IMG/VR virus record: IMGVR_UViG_3300032829_000001
Reading direction: 5' to 3' (one strand)
Length of the DNA stretch: 64,000 nt
Source: an uncultured virus (IMG/VR IMGVR_UViG_3300032829_000001)
Lineage: Duplodnaviria > Heunggongvirae > Uroviricota > Caudoviricetes
Made by a program: the position numbers and the translations under genes. Below the pieces are notes generated by a model. That model made no database searches and was not told the DNA's origin. It worked only from the letters and a program-made list of their open reading frames with translations. Of this stretch, positions 1 through 5,930 are shown piece by piece; positions within the stretch are counted from its first letter, which is position 1, and every line of letters starts with the position of its first letter.

Positions 1-162
1 TGAACGAGCAGGGCAGGCCCGTCGCGTGGGATGACCTGCCGGCGGAGGCCAAGGAAGCGCATCGGCTCGTTGCGGCGGCGGTCGTGGGTGCTGCGGTTGC
101 ACACAACCCGCCGCCGAAAACGCCGCTGGTTCGGGTCTAGACCACTGGAGTAAAATCCCGCC

Positions 163-423
163 ATGGCCATCTACAACCCCGACCGGACTGCCCCGCCGCC
201 ACCCGTCACCGCCCCGACGCTCGACGCGCTCGTCGCCCAGATCGCCGCGCTCGCGCCGAAGATGGGCGTGGTGGAGGTGATCATCATCGGCCGCGATCCG
301 CGCACGCGCGGCGTGAAGCTCTACGGCGACCCGAAGCTGAACTCGGACCCGGAGATCCGCGAGGTCGTGGCCGCGAAGTTCGGGCTCTTCGACAGCGGCG
401 AGACGGGCTGGCCGAGCGAGTAG
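163..423 (+). CDS. hypothetical protein
   Basis: ORF with GC3-biased codons; TAAAAT -10-like hexamer at 151-156 just upstream of ATG. Confidence 0.7.
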   Translation: MAIYNPDRTAPPPPVTAPTLDALVAQIAALAPKMGVVEVIIIGRDPRTRGVKLYGDPKLNSDPEIREVVAAKFGLFDSGETGWPSE

Positions 424-426
424 GAT

Positions 427-711
427 GTGAGCGTCAGACGCGTACAGGTACGTCGGTTCAGCGACCTGCACGAGGGGATGGACGTGCTGTGCACTGCGTG
501 TCGACACTGTGGTGGCGAGCATCGGGTCACGCTCAGGGAGCTGAAAACGGCTCCGACGTGCGCACCAGGGGGGTACATCCGGCACCAGCGTGTCTGGATA
601 GCAGAGCCCGCGCCACACATTATGGCTAGAGTAGCGGAGGGCGGATTCGGTGTCGCCGAGGAGAACGTGCGACGCGGAACCATCTATCGTGAGGTCGCAG
701 GACAGGCGTGA
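427..711 (+). CDS. hypothetical protein (CxxCxxC motif)
   Basis: Tightly packed ORF, GTGA overlap with next gene. Confidence 0.55.
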   Translation: MSVRRVQVRRFSDLHEGMDVLCTACRHCGGEHRVTLRELKTAPTCAPGGYIRHQRVWIAEPAPHIMARVAEGGFGVAEENVRRGTIYREVAGQA

Positions 712-2099
712 TCAAGCACCGCTTCATCGTTCGCGGCGCGGACGACTTCAAGATCTTCGCCGCGATCCCGTGTGAGCGGCAGGTGCTCACGTGGAAGAAG
801 TGGGTGCGGCCGCCGGACTGGGAGGGGCTACACGAGGTTGGCAACCGACTGCTGCACATCTTGACTGTGCTGCTGGAGTGTCTGGTGCCAGGGCGTGAGA
901 AGCTGGAGGACTTGAGCCAGTATGGTATCTCACTTACGCGCGACAGAACCAGAACCGCAGACGAACTGGCCAAGGTCGACTCGGCCTCAAACAAGCTCAA
1001 AGAAGAACGGCGCGAGCAGGCAGAGCGTGTGCGCCAGGCCGAGTCGACCTATCGGGCGGGGGTTGCGGCTCTTCAGGCGCTGCTGGCTGAGCCTGCTGGT
1101 GGAGATTTCGCCAGTCGTGCAATAGAGATCCGACGGGTCATCCTGACGTGTGCTGGTGATGATGGCGGCGCGCAGGATATTTTGGCTCTCGTAGAGAATG
1201 ACACGCGGACTGCCGTCGAATTTTTCAATAGCTACCGCTCAAACCACGATCGCAGCAATGAAGCTCGGCAAACCGTCACACGCCTGCTGCACATGTACGA
1301 CCAACTGTTGAACCACCTGGACAGTGTGCAGGTGCACCGCCGCGATCTCGTGCGTTGCCTCGACACAGCTATGATCGAGCTTCTCTCCTCCGAGCCACTC
1401 CCCGATACGCCCTGCCCGCCTGGCACTCCGTTCGCGGCGTACACGATTGAGTTTCAGGGCTCGGTCTTCAGCATCGTCGAGGGGCACGCCTGGGTCGCAG
1501 CGCGGCCGCGCCCGCCCCAAGCTGTCATCGACCGTGCAGCGGCACTGGTCACGGACGCCGCGCTCGACAAGCTCGCAGAGGGGGTCATCACTGACGACGC
1601 CCGGCGCGTGGTGGATACGCTGACCGATCACGCCTTCGACGCGACCGACGACGAGAAGCGCGTCGTCGAGATCGTCACGCAGATGCTGGTCGAGCGTGGG
1701 CTCAACCCGAAGGCGCCCGAGCGCATTCCGGTCGTGGAGGTCGACGCGAGGGACGCCAACCACGTGCGCGAGGCCGAGCGTCGTGACGAGCTGGCGCAAC
1801 GTGCGCCGAAGGTCCGCACGATCAAGTTCCACGTCTCGCCGCCGCGCTACCTGCGCGAGGCCGCGGAGCGCATCTTCGCGACGCCAGGCAAGCACAAGAA
1901 GGCCCATTGGGTCATCGGGCACTGGCGCAACCAGGCGTACGGGACCGAGCACAGGGAGCACCGCCAGAAGTGGATCAAGCCGCACATCCGCGGGCTCGGC
2001 GAGGCCGGCGCGGTCGTGGCGCGCGTGGCGGCGAGCGACGAGGAAGTGGCGGCGATCGAGCCGCCAACGAGCCCCCCGCCCCCGCCGACTTTGCACTAG
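708..2099 (+). CDS. phage hypothetical protein with C-terminal HWVxGHWRNQ...WIxPH motif
   Basis: 463-aa ORF; C-terminal motif resembles one common in uncharacterised phage proteins. Confidence 0.65.
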   Translation: MIKHRFIVRGADDFKIFAAIPCERQVLTWKKWVRPPDWEGLHEVGNRLLHILTVLLECLVPGREKLEDLSQYGISLTRDRTRTADELAKVDSASNKLKEERREQAERVRQAESTYRAGVAALQALLAEPAGGDFASRAIEIRRVILTCAGDDGGAQDILALVENDTRTAVEFFNSYRSNHDRSNEARQTVTRLLHMYDQLLNHLDSVQVHRRDLVRCLDTAMIELLSSEPLPDTPCPPGTPFAAYTIEFQGSVFSIVEGHAWVAARPRPPQAVIDRAAALVTDAALDKLAEGVITDDARRVVDTLTDHAFDATDDEKRVVEIVTQMLVERGLNPKAPERIPVVEVDARDANHVREAERRDELAQRAPKVRTIKFHVSPPRYLREAAERIFATPGKHKKAHWVIGHWRNQAYGTEHREHRQKWIKPHIRGLGEAGAVVARVAASDEEVAAIEPPTSPPPPPTLH

Positions 2100-2112
2100 C
2101 TGAAAAAACTGC

Positions 2113-2141
2113 TTGACACTCTCGCCGCCCGAGTTCACCTT
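2113..2141 (+). promoter_or_regulatory. sigma70-type promoter of the leader/tRNA array
   Basis: TTGACA (2113-2118), 17-nt spacer, CACCTT (2136-2141); A-tract upstream. Confidence 0.65.
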
Positions 2142-2153
2142 CGACTCGTCACC

Positions 2154-2315
2154 ATGAAGCTCCGATCGTCGTACTCGATTTTGCGCCTGGGCCATCTGGC
2201 CGGCGCAGTCGTGTGCCCGATGGGTCAGGATCAGAACTTCGCGCCCACCACAGTCCAAAGTTCATCCCCAACGAAACTTTGGACCGAAAAGCAGGAGGGG
2301 CGGCCGACGCGGTAA
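2154..2315 (+). CDS. putative attenuator leader peptide (53 aa, MKLRSSYSILRLGHLAGAVVCPMGQDQNFAPTTVQSSSPTKLWTEKQEGRPTR)
   Basis: ATG just downstream of promoter; all 20 amino acids, 40 distinct codons; TAA lies inside the antiterminator 5' arm. Confidence 0.65.
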   Translation: MKLRSSYSILRLGHLAGAVVCPMGQDQNFAPTTVQSSSPTKLWTEKQEGRPTR

Positions 2316-2355
2316 CCACGCACGCAGATTCGCTGGTTACCGACGAGGCCGCCCT
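2297..2355 (+). promoter_or_regulatory. antiterminator hairpin
   Basis: GGGCGGCC-gacg-CGGTAACCA (2298-2318) pairs with TGGTTACCG-acga-GGCCGCCC (2334-2354), sequestering the terminator 5' arm. Confidence 0.7.
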
Positions 2356-2374
2356 GAAGAGGGTGGCCTTTTTT
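2346..2374 (+). terminator. intrinsic terminator (attenuator) just before the first tRNA
   Basis: AGGCCGCCCT-gaag-AGGGTGGCCT followed by T-run. Confidence 0.85.
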
Positions 2375-2381
2375 CGTTTCT

Positions 2382-2460
2382 GGCCGGGAGCACTGGGATG
2401 CAAGGACGCCTGTAAAGCGACCGCCTCTGGCTCGCGTGGTTCGATTCCACGGCCCGGCAC
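2382..2460 (+). tRNA. tRNA-Tyr(GTA)
   Basis: cgc-CT GTA AA-gcg; variable arm; GGTTCGATTCC T arm. Confidence 0.75.
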
Positions 2461-2505
2461 GAGGTGAACGACATGAAGAGAAAACGCACGGCGCTGACGG
2501 CGATC

Positions 2506-2580
2506 TGCCGCTGGCGCCCGACAGGACGGGCACCGGTCTTTTAAACCGGCCTGAGTGGGTTCGAGCCCCACCGGCGGCAC
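2506..2580 (+). tRNA. tRNA-Lys(TTT)
   Basis: ccggt-CT TTT AA-accgg. Confidence 0.85.
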
Positions 2581-2585
2581 GACAT

Positions 2586-2659
2586 GGGTCACAAACTTTG
2601 CTGGTGAAGCCCCGCCTCTTAAGCGGTGAGAACGCAGTTCGAGTCTGCGGTGACCCACA
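2586..2659 (+). tRNA. tRNA-Lys(CTT)
   Basis: ccgc-CT CTT AA-gcgg; tgggtca/tgaccca acceptor. Confidence 0.8.
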
Positions 2660-2735
2660 ACGCGAGTAGCTCTCGCGCGGTTCTCTGACAATCGAATAGA
2701 AGACGCGAAGGGGCGGGCACCAACCCGCTCCACTA

Positions 2736-2809
2736 GCCCCGGAAGCTCTCATGGTGACGAGCGCGCCGCTGAAGACGGCGAGGGTGCGGTTCGATTCCGC
2801 GACGGGGCA
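2736..2809 (+). tRNA. tRNA-Phe(GAA)
   Basis: gccg-CT GAA GA-cggc; gccccg/cggggc acceptor. Confidence 0.8.
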
Positions 2810-2861
2810 CGAAGCTCTTGCAACGCGAGTGTGTGGTGTGGACGGGGAGCAAGAGCATCAT

Positions 2862-2935
2862 CGGCGTGTGGCGCAGCCTGGAAGCGCATCTGCTTCGGGA
2901 GCAGAGGGTCGGTGGTTCAAATCCACTCACGCCGA
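2862..2935 (+). tRNA. tRNA-Pro(CGG)
   Basis: tctgc-TT CGG GA-gcaga; canonical cloverleaf. Confidence 0.92.
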
Positions 2936-2941
2936 CAGCAC

Positions 2942-3012
2942 GCGAGGTTGGTCTACTGGCTGGGCCGCGGTCCTACACGCCGCAGAAGAGTGTTCGATTC
3001 ACTCACCTCGTA
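2942..3012 (+). tRNA. tRNA-Val(TAC)
   Basis: gcggt-CC TAC AC-gccgc (C33). Confidence 0.8.
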
Positions 3013-3013
3013 C

Positions 3014-3084
3014 GGAGGGTTCGTCCAATGGCAGGGCCCGCGCCCGATTAGCGCGAGACGAGTGTTCGATTCACTCACCCTCTA
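3014..3084 (+). tRNA. tRNA-Ile(GAT)
   Basis: cgcgc-CC GAT TA-gcgcg (C33, T37). Confidence 0.8.
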
Positions 3085-3085
3085 C

Positions 3086-3156
3086 TCCCTTGTCGGCTAA
3101 TGGCAGGCCGCTCGGTTCTGACCCGAGTAATTCACGTTCGAGTCGTGACGAGGGAA
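3086..3156 (+). tRNA. tRNA-Gln(CTG)
   Basis: ctcgg-TT CTG AC-ccgag. Confidence 0.88.
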
Positions 3157-3163
3157 CCTGTGA

Positions 3164-3234
3164 TCGGGAATCGGCTAACGGCAGGCCGACGGACTTTGAC
3201 TCCGTCTATACAGGTTCGAATCCTGTTTCCCGAA
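3164..3234 (+). tRNA. tRNA-Gln(TTG)
   Basis: acgga-CT TTG AC-tccgt. Confidence 0.9.
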
Positions 3235-3240
3235 CCGCAT

Positions 3241-3316
3241 GGTGGTCGTGGGTCAGAGGTTGACCGGCTGGCTGTGAACCAGTCCTAGGCGAGTTCGAGT
3301 CTCGTCGACCACCCCA
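3241..3316 (+). tRNA. tRNA-His(GTG)
   Basis: gctgg-CT GTG AA-ccagt; G-1 and encoded CCA. Confidence 0.9.
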
Positions 3317-3317
3317 T

Positions 3318-3390
3318 CCGGGTGTAGCTCATCTGGTAGAGCGCGCGCTTTGGGAGCGTGAGGCGGCAGGTTCGAGTCCTGCTACCCGGA
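3318..3390 (+). tRNA. tRNA-Pro(TGG)
   Basis: cgcgc-TT TGG GA-gcgtg. Confidence 0.92.
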
Positions 3391-3396
3391 CGAAAA

Positions 3397-3469
3397 GAAG
3401 GGGGGCCCGCCGGGGCGGAGGGATGCCTTGCAAGCAACCCGCGACGAGTTCAACTCTCGTGCTCTCCAC
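3397..3469 (+). tRNA. tRNA-Ala(TGC), divergent
   Basis: tgc-CT TGC AA-gca; T arm acgag-TTCAACT-ctcgt; weak acceptor pairing. Confidence 0.6.
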
Positions 3470-3578
3470 AAACCGTTACCACAAGCCCTCAACCGCGCAG
3501 GCGGATGCGGAGGATCTCTCCAAGATGCGCTCGCATACGGAGGTGAAACCGCGAGGGGCCCACTACAAGTGGGTGGCG

Positions 3579-3656
3579 GCGGGCTTGGGCAGCGATCTGG
3601 GTATCAGCGGGGACTCCAAATCCCTGCAGCGGGGTTCGATTCCTCGGCAGCCCGCG
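3579..3656 (+). tRNA. tRNA-Trp(CCA)
   Basis: gggga-CT CCA AA-tccct; gcgggct/agcccgc acceptor. Confidence 0.8.
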
Positions 3657-3744
3657 GAGAGTGCGTGGCAATGGTGCCTAACCGGTCCCGAAAACCGGCG
3701 TGACGTGATGAGCGTCAGGAGTTCGATCCTTCCACTCTCCTCCA
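3656..3744 (+). tRNA. tRNA-Ser(CGA)
   Basis: ccggt-CC CGA AA-accgg (C33); long variable arm; CCA. Confidence 0.85.
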
Positions 3745-3748
3745 GCTC

Positions 3749-3819
3749 GGCGCCATCGTTCATCGGCAGGACAGCGCCCTTTCAAGGCGCGAAGGCGAGT
3801 TCGACTCTCGCTGGCGCTA
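3749..3819 (+). tRNA. tRNA-Glu(TTC)
   Basis: gcgcc-CT TTC AA-ggcgc. Confidence 0.9.
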
Positions 3820-3820
3820 C

Positions 3821-3894
3821 GACCTGTTCGTCTAGACGGCTCAGGACAGCGGCCCCTCAAGCCGCGAACACCGGTTCGAATCCGGTACAGGTCA
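3821..3894 (+). tRNA. tRNA-Glu(CTC)
   Basis: gcggc-CC CTC AA-gccgc (C33). Confidence 0.9.
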
Positions 3895-3900
3895 CTTCAT

Positions 3901-3978
3901 GGCCCCGTAGCTCATTTGGATCAGAGCGCTCCGCTACGAACGGAGAGGCGGGAGGTTCGAATCCTCTCGGGGCCGCCA
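3901..3978 (+). tRNA. tRNA-Arg(ACG)
   Basis: ctccg-CT ACG AA-cggag; CCA. Confidence 0.93.
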
Positions 3979-3979
3979 C

Positions 3980-4049
3980 GGCAGTGAGCGCAGGGCGCAC
4001 GCGAGCTTCATAAGCTCGGCGGCGAGGGTTCGAGATCCCTCCACTGCTA
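3980..4049 (+). tRNA. tRNA-Met/Ile2(CAT), elongator type, short D arm
   Basis: cgagc-TT CAT AA-gctcg; ggcagtg/cactgct acceptor. Confidence 0.7.
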
Positions 4050-4050
4050 C

Positions 4051-4122
4051 GCGCACGGAGCCGGCCGGAAAGGCGCCACCTCGACAAGATGGAGACAGCA
4101 GGTTCAATTCCTGCCGTGCGCA
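4051..4122 (+). tRNA. tRNA-Val(GAC)
   Basis: ccacc-TC GAC AA-gatgg (C33, one stem mismatch); gcgcacg/cgtgcgc acceptor. Confidence 0.75.
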
Positions 4123-4123
4123 C

Positions 4124-4207
4124 GGAGAGTTGCCCGAGTGGTAATGGGGTCCGGTTGCTAACCGGAAGCCGACGACAGTCGCGCAGGTTCGATCCCTGCA
4201 CTCTCCT
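4124..4207 (+). tRNA. tRNA-Ser(GCT)
   Basis: tccgg-TT GCT AA-ccgga; long variable arm. Confidence 0.9.
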
Positions 4208-4212
4208 CTCAC

Positions 4213-4283
4213 GGCTCCGTGTCCGAGTGGTCAGGTGGCGGTCTGCAAAATCGTCTACATCGGTTCGAATCCGATCGGAGCCT
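4213..4283 (+). tRNA. tRNA-Cys(GCA)
   Basis: gcggt-CT GCA AA-atcgt; U73. Confidence 0.9.
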
Positions 4284-4287
4284 CCGT

Positions 4288-4360
4288 GAGGACGGAGCTG
4301 GGCTGGTTCAGCGTCGCGTTGCCAACGCGAAGTCCGCGGGTTCGATCCCCGTCGTCCTCT
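4288..4360 (+). tRNA. tRNA-Gly(GCC)
   Basis: tcgcg-TT GCC AA-cgcga; U73. Confidence 0.85.
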
Positions 4361-4364
4361 CTAC

Positions 4365-4439
4365 GCGCACGTGGCCGAACGGTTAGGCGGCTGCCTTCCA
4401 AGCAGTTCCAAGCAGGTCCGACTCCTGTCGTGCGCTCCA
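4365..4439 (+). tRNA. tRNA-Gly(TCC)
   Basis: gctgc-CT TCC AA-gcagt; CCA. Confidence 0.88.
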
Positions 4440-4514
4440 TGCAGAAGGCCCGAGGCCCGGAAACGGGAGGCGCCGGATTCACCACGGCGGACTGGCCCCT
4501 CGGGCCGAGTTCGT

Positions 4515-4586
4515 GCCCCTGAAGCATTGACGGCGATGCGCTCGCTTCGTAAGCGAGAGAATCCGATTCGACTTCGGACGGGGGCT
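4515..4586 (+). tRNA. tRNA-Thr(CGT)
   Basis: ctcgc-TT CGT AA-gcgag. Confidence 0.85.
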
Positions 4587-4587
4587 C

Positions 4588-4684
4588 TGCGGGGTTGGAA
4601 AGTGGAGAGCGGGCCGCGAGGCTTCGCTCGTAATCCGCTGGGCTCATAACCCGGAGATCGCAGGTTCGATCCCTGCCCCCGCTA
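4588..4684 (+). tRNA. initiator tRNA-fMet(CAT) with a hairpin insertion in the D loop
   Basis: ctGGG-CT CAT AA-CCCgg (three G-C pairs), 1:72 mismatch, extra gagcg...cgctc stem in D loop. Confidence 0.8.
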
Positions 4685-4685
4685 C

Positions 4686-4758
4686 GCCCGACAAGCATTG
4701 CTGGCGATGCGGCCGATCTGTAATCGGCAGACACTCGGTTCGACTCCGGGGTCGGGCT
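4686..4758 (+). tRNA. tRNA-Thr(TGT)
   Basis: gccga-TC TGT AA-tcggc (C33). Confidence 0.85.
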
Positions 4759-4763
4759 CTCAT

Positions 4764-4836
4764 TCCAGAGTAGCTTCAAGGCAGAGGCGCCTGGCTGTTA
4801 ACCAGGAGGTTGTCCGTTCGAGTCGGACCTCTGGAG
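4764..4836 (+). tRNA. tRNA-Asn(GTT)
   Basis: cctgg-CT GTT AA-ccagg; G73. Confidence 0.9.
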
Positions 4837-4844
4837 CTTTCCGT

Positions 4845-4921
4845 GCGCGCGCCCCGAGCTGGATCGGGCTCCCGCCTTCTAAGCAGGATGACTGCAGGTT
4901 CGAATCCTGTCGCGCGCTCCA
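4845..4921 (+). tRNA. tRNA-Arg(TCT)
   Basis: cccgc-CT TCT AA-gcagg; CCA. Confidence 0.8.
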
Positions 4922-4922
4922 T

Positions 4923-4995
4923 CTCGCCGAAGCTCAAGTGGATGAGCGACGCTCTCCGAAGGCGTAGGCTGCCGGTTCGAATCCGGCCGGCGAGA
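4923..4995 (+). tRNA. tRNA-Arg(CCG)
   Basis: acgct-CT CCG AA-ggcgt. Confidence 0.88.
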
Positions 4996-5000
4996 CGACT

Positions 5001-5072
5001 GGTCCCGTATGCATCTGGTGAGGCAGGGCGCCTGTCCAGCGCTTGAGGAGGGTTCAATTCCCTTCGGGATCG
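5001..5072 (+). tRNA. tRNA-Asp(GTC)
   Basis: ggcgc-CT GTC CA-gcgct; G73. Confidence 0.85.
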
Positions 5073-5081
5073 CTGTAACAT

Positions 5082-5531
5082 ATGAGGATGAGAAAACGCG
5101 ATCTCATCTGGTTAGCTGGGGTGCTTGAGGGTGAAGGTTCATTCATGAAGGGCCCACCGTCTCGGCCCGGCGCGCCATGCATAGCAGTCGAGATGACAGA
5201 TCGAGATATCATCGAGAGCGTCGCAAAGATGTTCGGTAACAAATTGGCAAAACTGAGGGCCAGGGGTGGGAACAGGCCGAGTTATAGTGCCCGCCTTCGA
5301 GGAGAGCGTGCCGTCTTATTGATGCGCCTGCTTCGACCATTGATGGGGGCCCGAAGAAGGCATCAGATCGATGTCGCTATTCGCTCTTGGTCTGGTATGT
5401 GTCGTCCGTCCGTTATTCTTCCTGCTGCGGAGGTGCTGCGCGAGATGCTGACAAGATCATCGACGCGAGACCTCGGTCGCCGGTTCGGATGCGCGCATCA
5501 AACTATTTTCAGGCGGGCCTTCGGGAGGTGA
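5082..5531 (+). CDS. single-motif LAGLIDADG homing endonuclease with C-terminal HTH
   Basis: WLAGVLEGEGSF motif, downstream MTD motif, lower GC than neighbours. Confidence 0.85.
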   Translation: MRMRKRDLIWLAGVLEGEGSFMKGPPSRPGAPCIAVEMTDRDIIESVAKMFGNKLAKLRARGGNRPSYSARLRGERAVLLMRLLRPLMGARRRHQIDVAIRSWSGMCRPSVILPAAEVLREMLTRSSTRDLGRRFGCAHQTIFRRAFGR

Positions 5532-5561
5532 TCGAAGCGGTTCAACTCCCGGTGGGACCGC
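5532..5561 (+). pseudogene. degenerate 3' half of a tRNA (Asp-like)
   Basis: GGTTCAACTCCCggtGGGACCG resembles the T arm and acceptor 3' strand of upstream tRNA-Asp (GGTTCAATTCCCttcGGGATCG). Confidence 0.5.
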
Positions 5562-5566
5562 GAAGA

Positions 5567-5639
5567 GCTGGCGTAGCTCAGTGGTAGAGCGATGGCCATT
5601 ATAAGCCGTGCGTCGTCTGTTCGATTCAGACCGCCAGTA
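5567..5639 (+). tRNA. tRNA with 8-nt anticodon loop (Ile(TAT)-like; TTA suppressor reading also possible)
   Basis: canonical D/T arms; atggc-CATTATAA-gccgt; A73. Confidence 0.7.
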
Positions 5640-5644
5640 CGCGT

Positions 5645-5719
5645 GGGGGCGTGGCGCAAGCGGAGACGCGCCGGACTCAAAATCCGGACACAGCACCGGT
5701 TCGATTCCGGTAGCCCCTA
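5645..5719 (+). tRNA. tRNA-Leu(CAA), short variable arm
   Basis: ccgga-CT CAA AA-tccgg. Confidence 0.8.
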
Positions 5720-5720
5720 A

Positions 5721-5803
5721 GCGCTCGTGGCGGAATGGTAGACGCGCCAGCTTGAGGTGCTGGTGGCCGAAAGGCCGTGGGAGTTCAAATCTCCCCGAGC
5801 GCA
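5721..5803 (+). tRNA. tRNA-Leu(GAG)
   Basis: ccagc-TT GAG GT-gctgg; long variable arm. Confidence 0.92.
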
Positions 5804-5813
5804 CGAAGAATCT

Positions 5814-5901
5814 GTCGGCGTGACGGAACTAGGTATACGTGCTGCGTTCAGACCGCAGCGGGGGCAACCCTGTAGGAGTTCGATTCTCCTCGCCGACACC
5901 A
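5814..5901 (+). tRNA. tRNA-Leu(CAG)
   Basis: ctgcg-TT CAG AC-cgcag; variable arm; CCA. Confidence 0.88.
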
Positions 5902-5930
5902 CGTGTAGAATCACGAGAAAGGAGGAGACC

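Noticed and set aside
2297..2374. T-box riboswitch interpretation of the leader (TGGTTACCG resembles TGGNACC)
   Set aside because: Spacing does not fit the T-box bulge, no stem I motifs were recognised, and the segment is fully explained as a paired antiterminator arm.
2662..2735. Possible extra tRNA (CT GAC AA loop)
   Set aside because: No convincing acceptor stem or TTC T-loop; at most a decayed remnant.
4447..4507. tRNA-Sec (TCA in the loop)
   Set aside because: Too short; lacks the T arm and long variable arm of tRNA-Sec.
2149..5081. Many 60-200 aa ORFs listed across the tRNA array
   Set aside because: They are translations of tRNA genes or their antisense (GSNP, GFEP patterns) without coding bias.
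5757..5930. N-terminal extension of the HNH ORF
   Set aside because: Overlaps two tRNA-Leu genes; a strong RBS supports ATG 5931.
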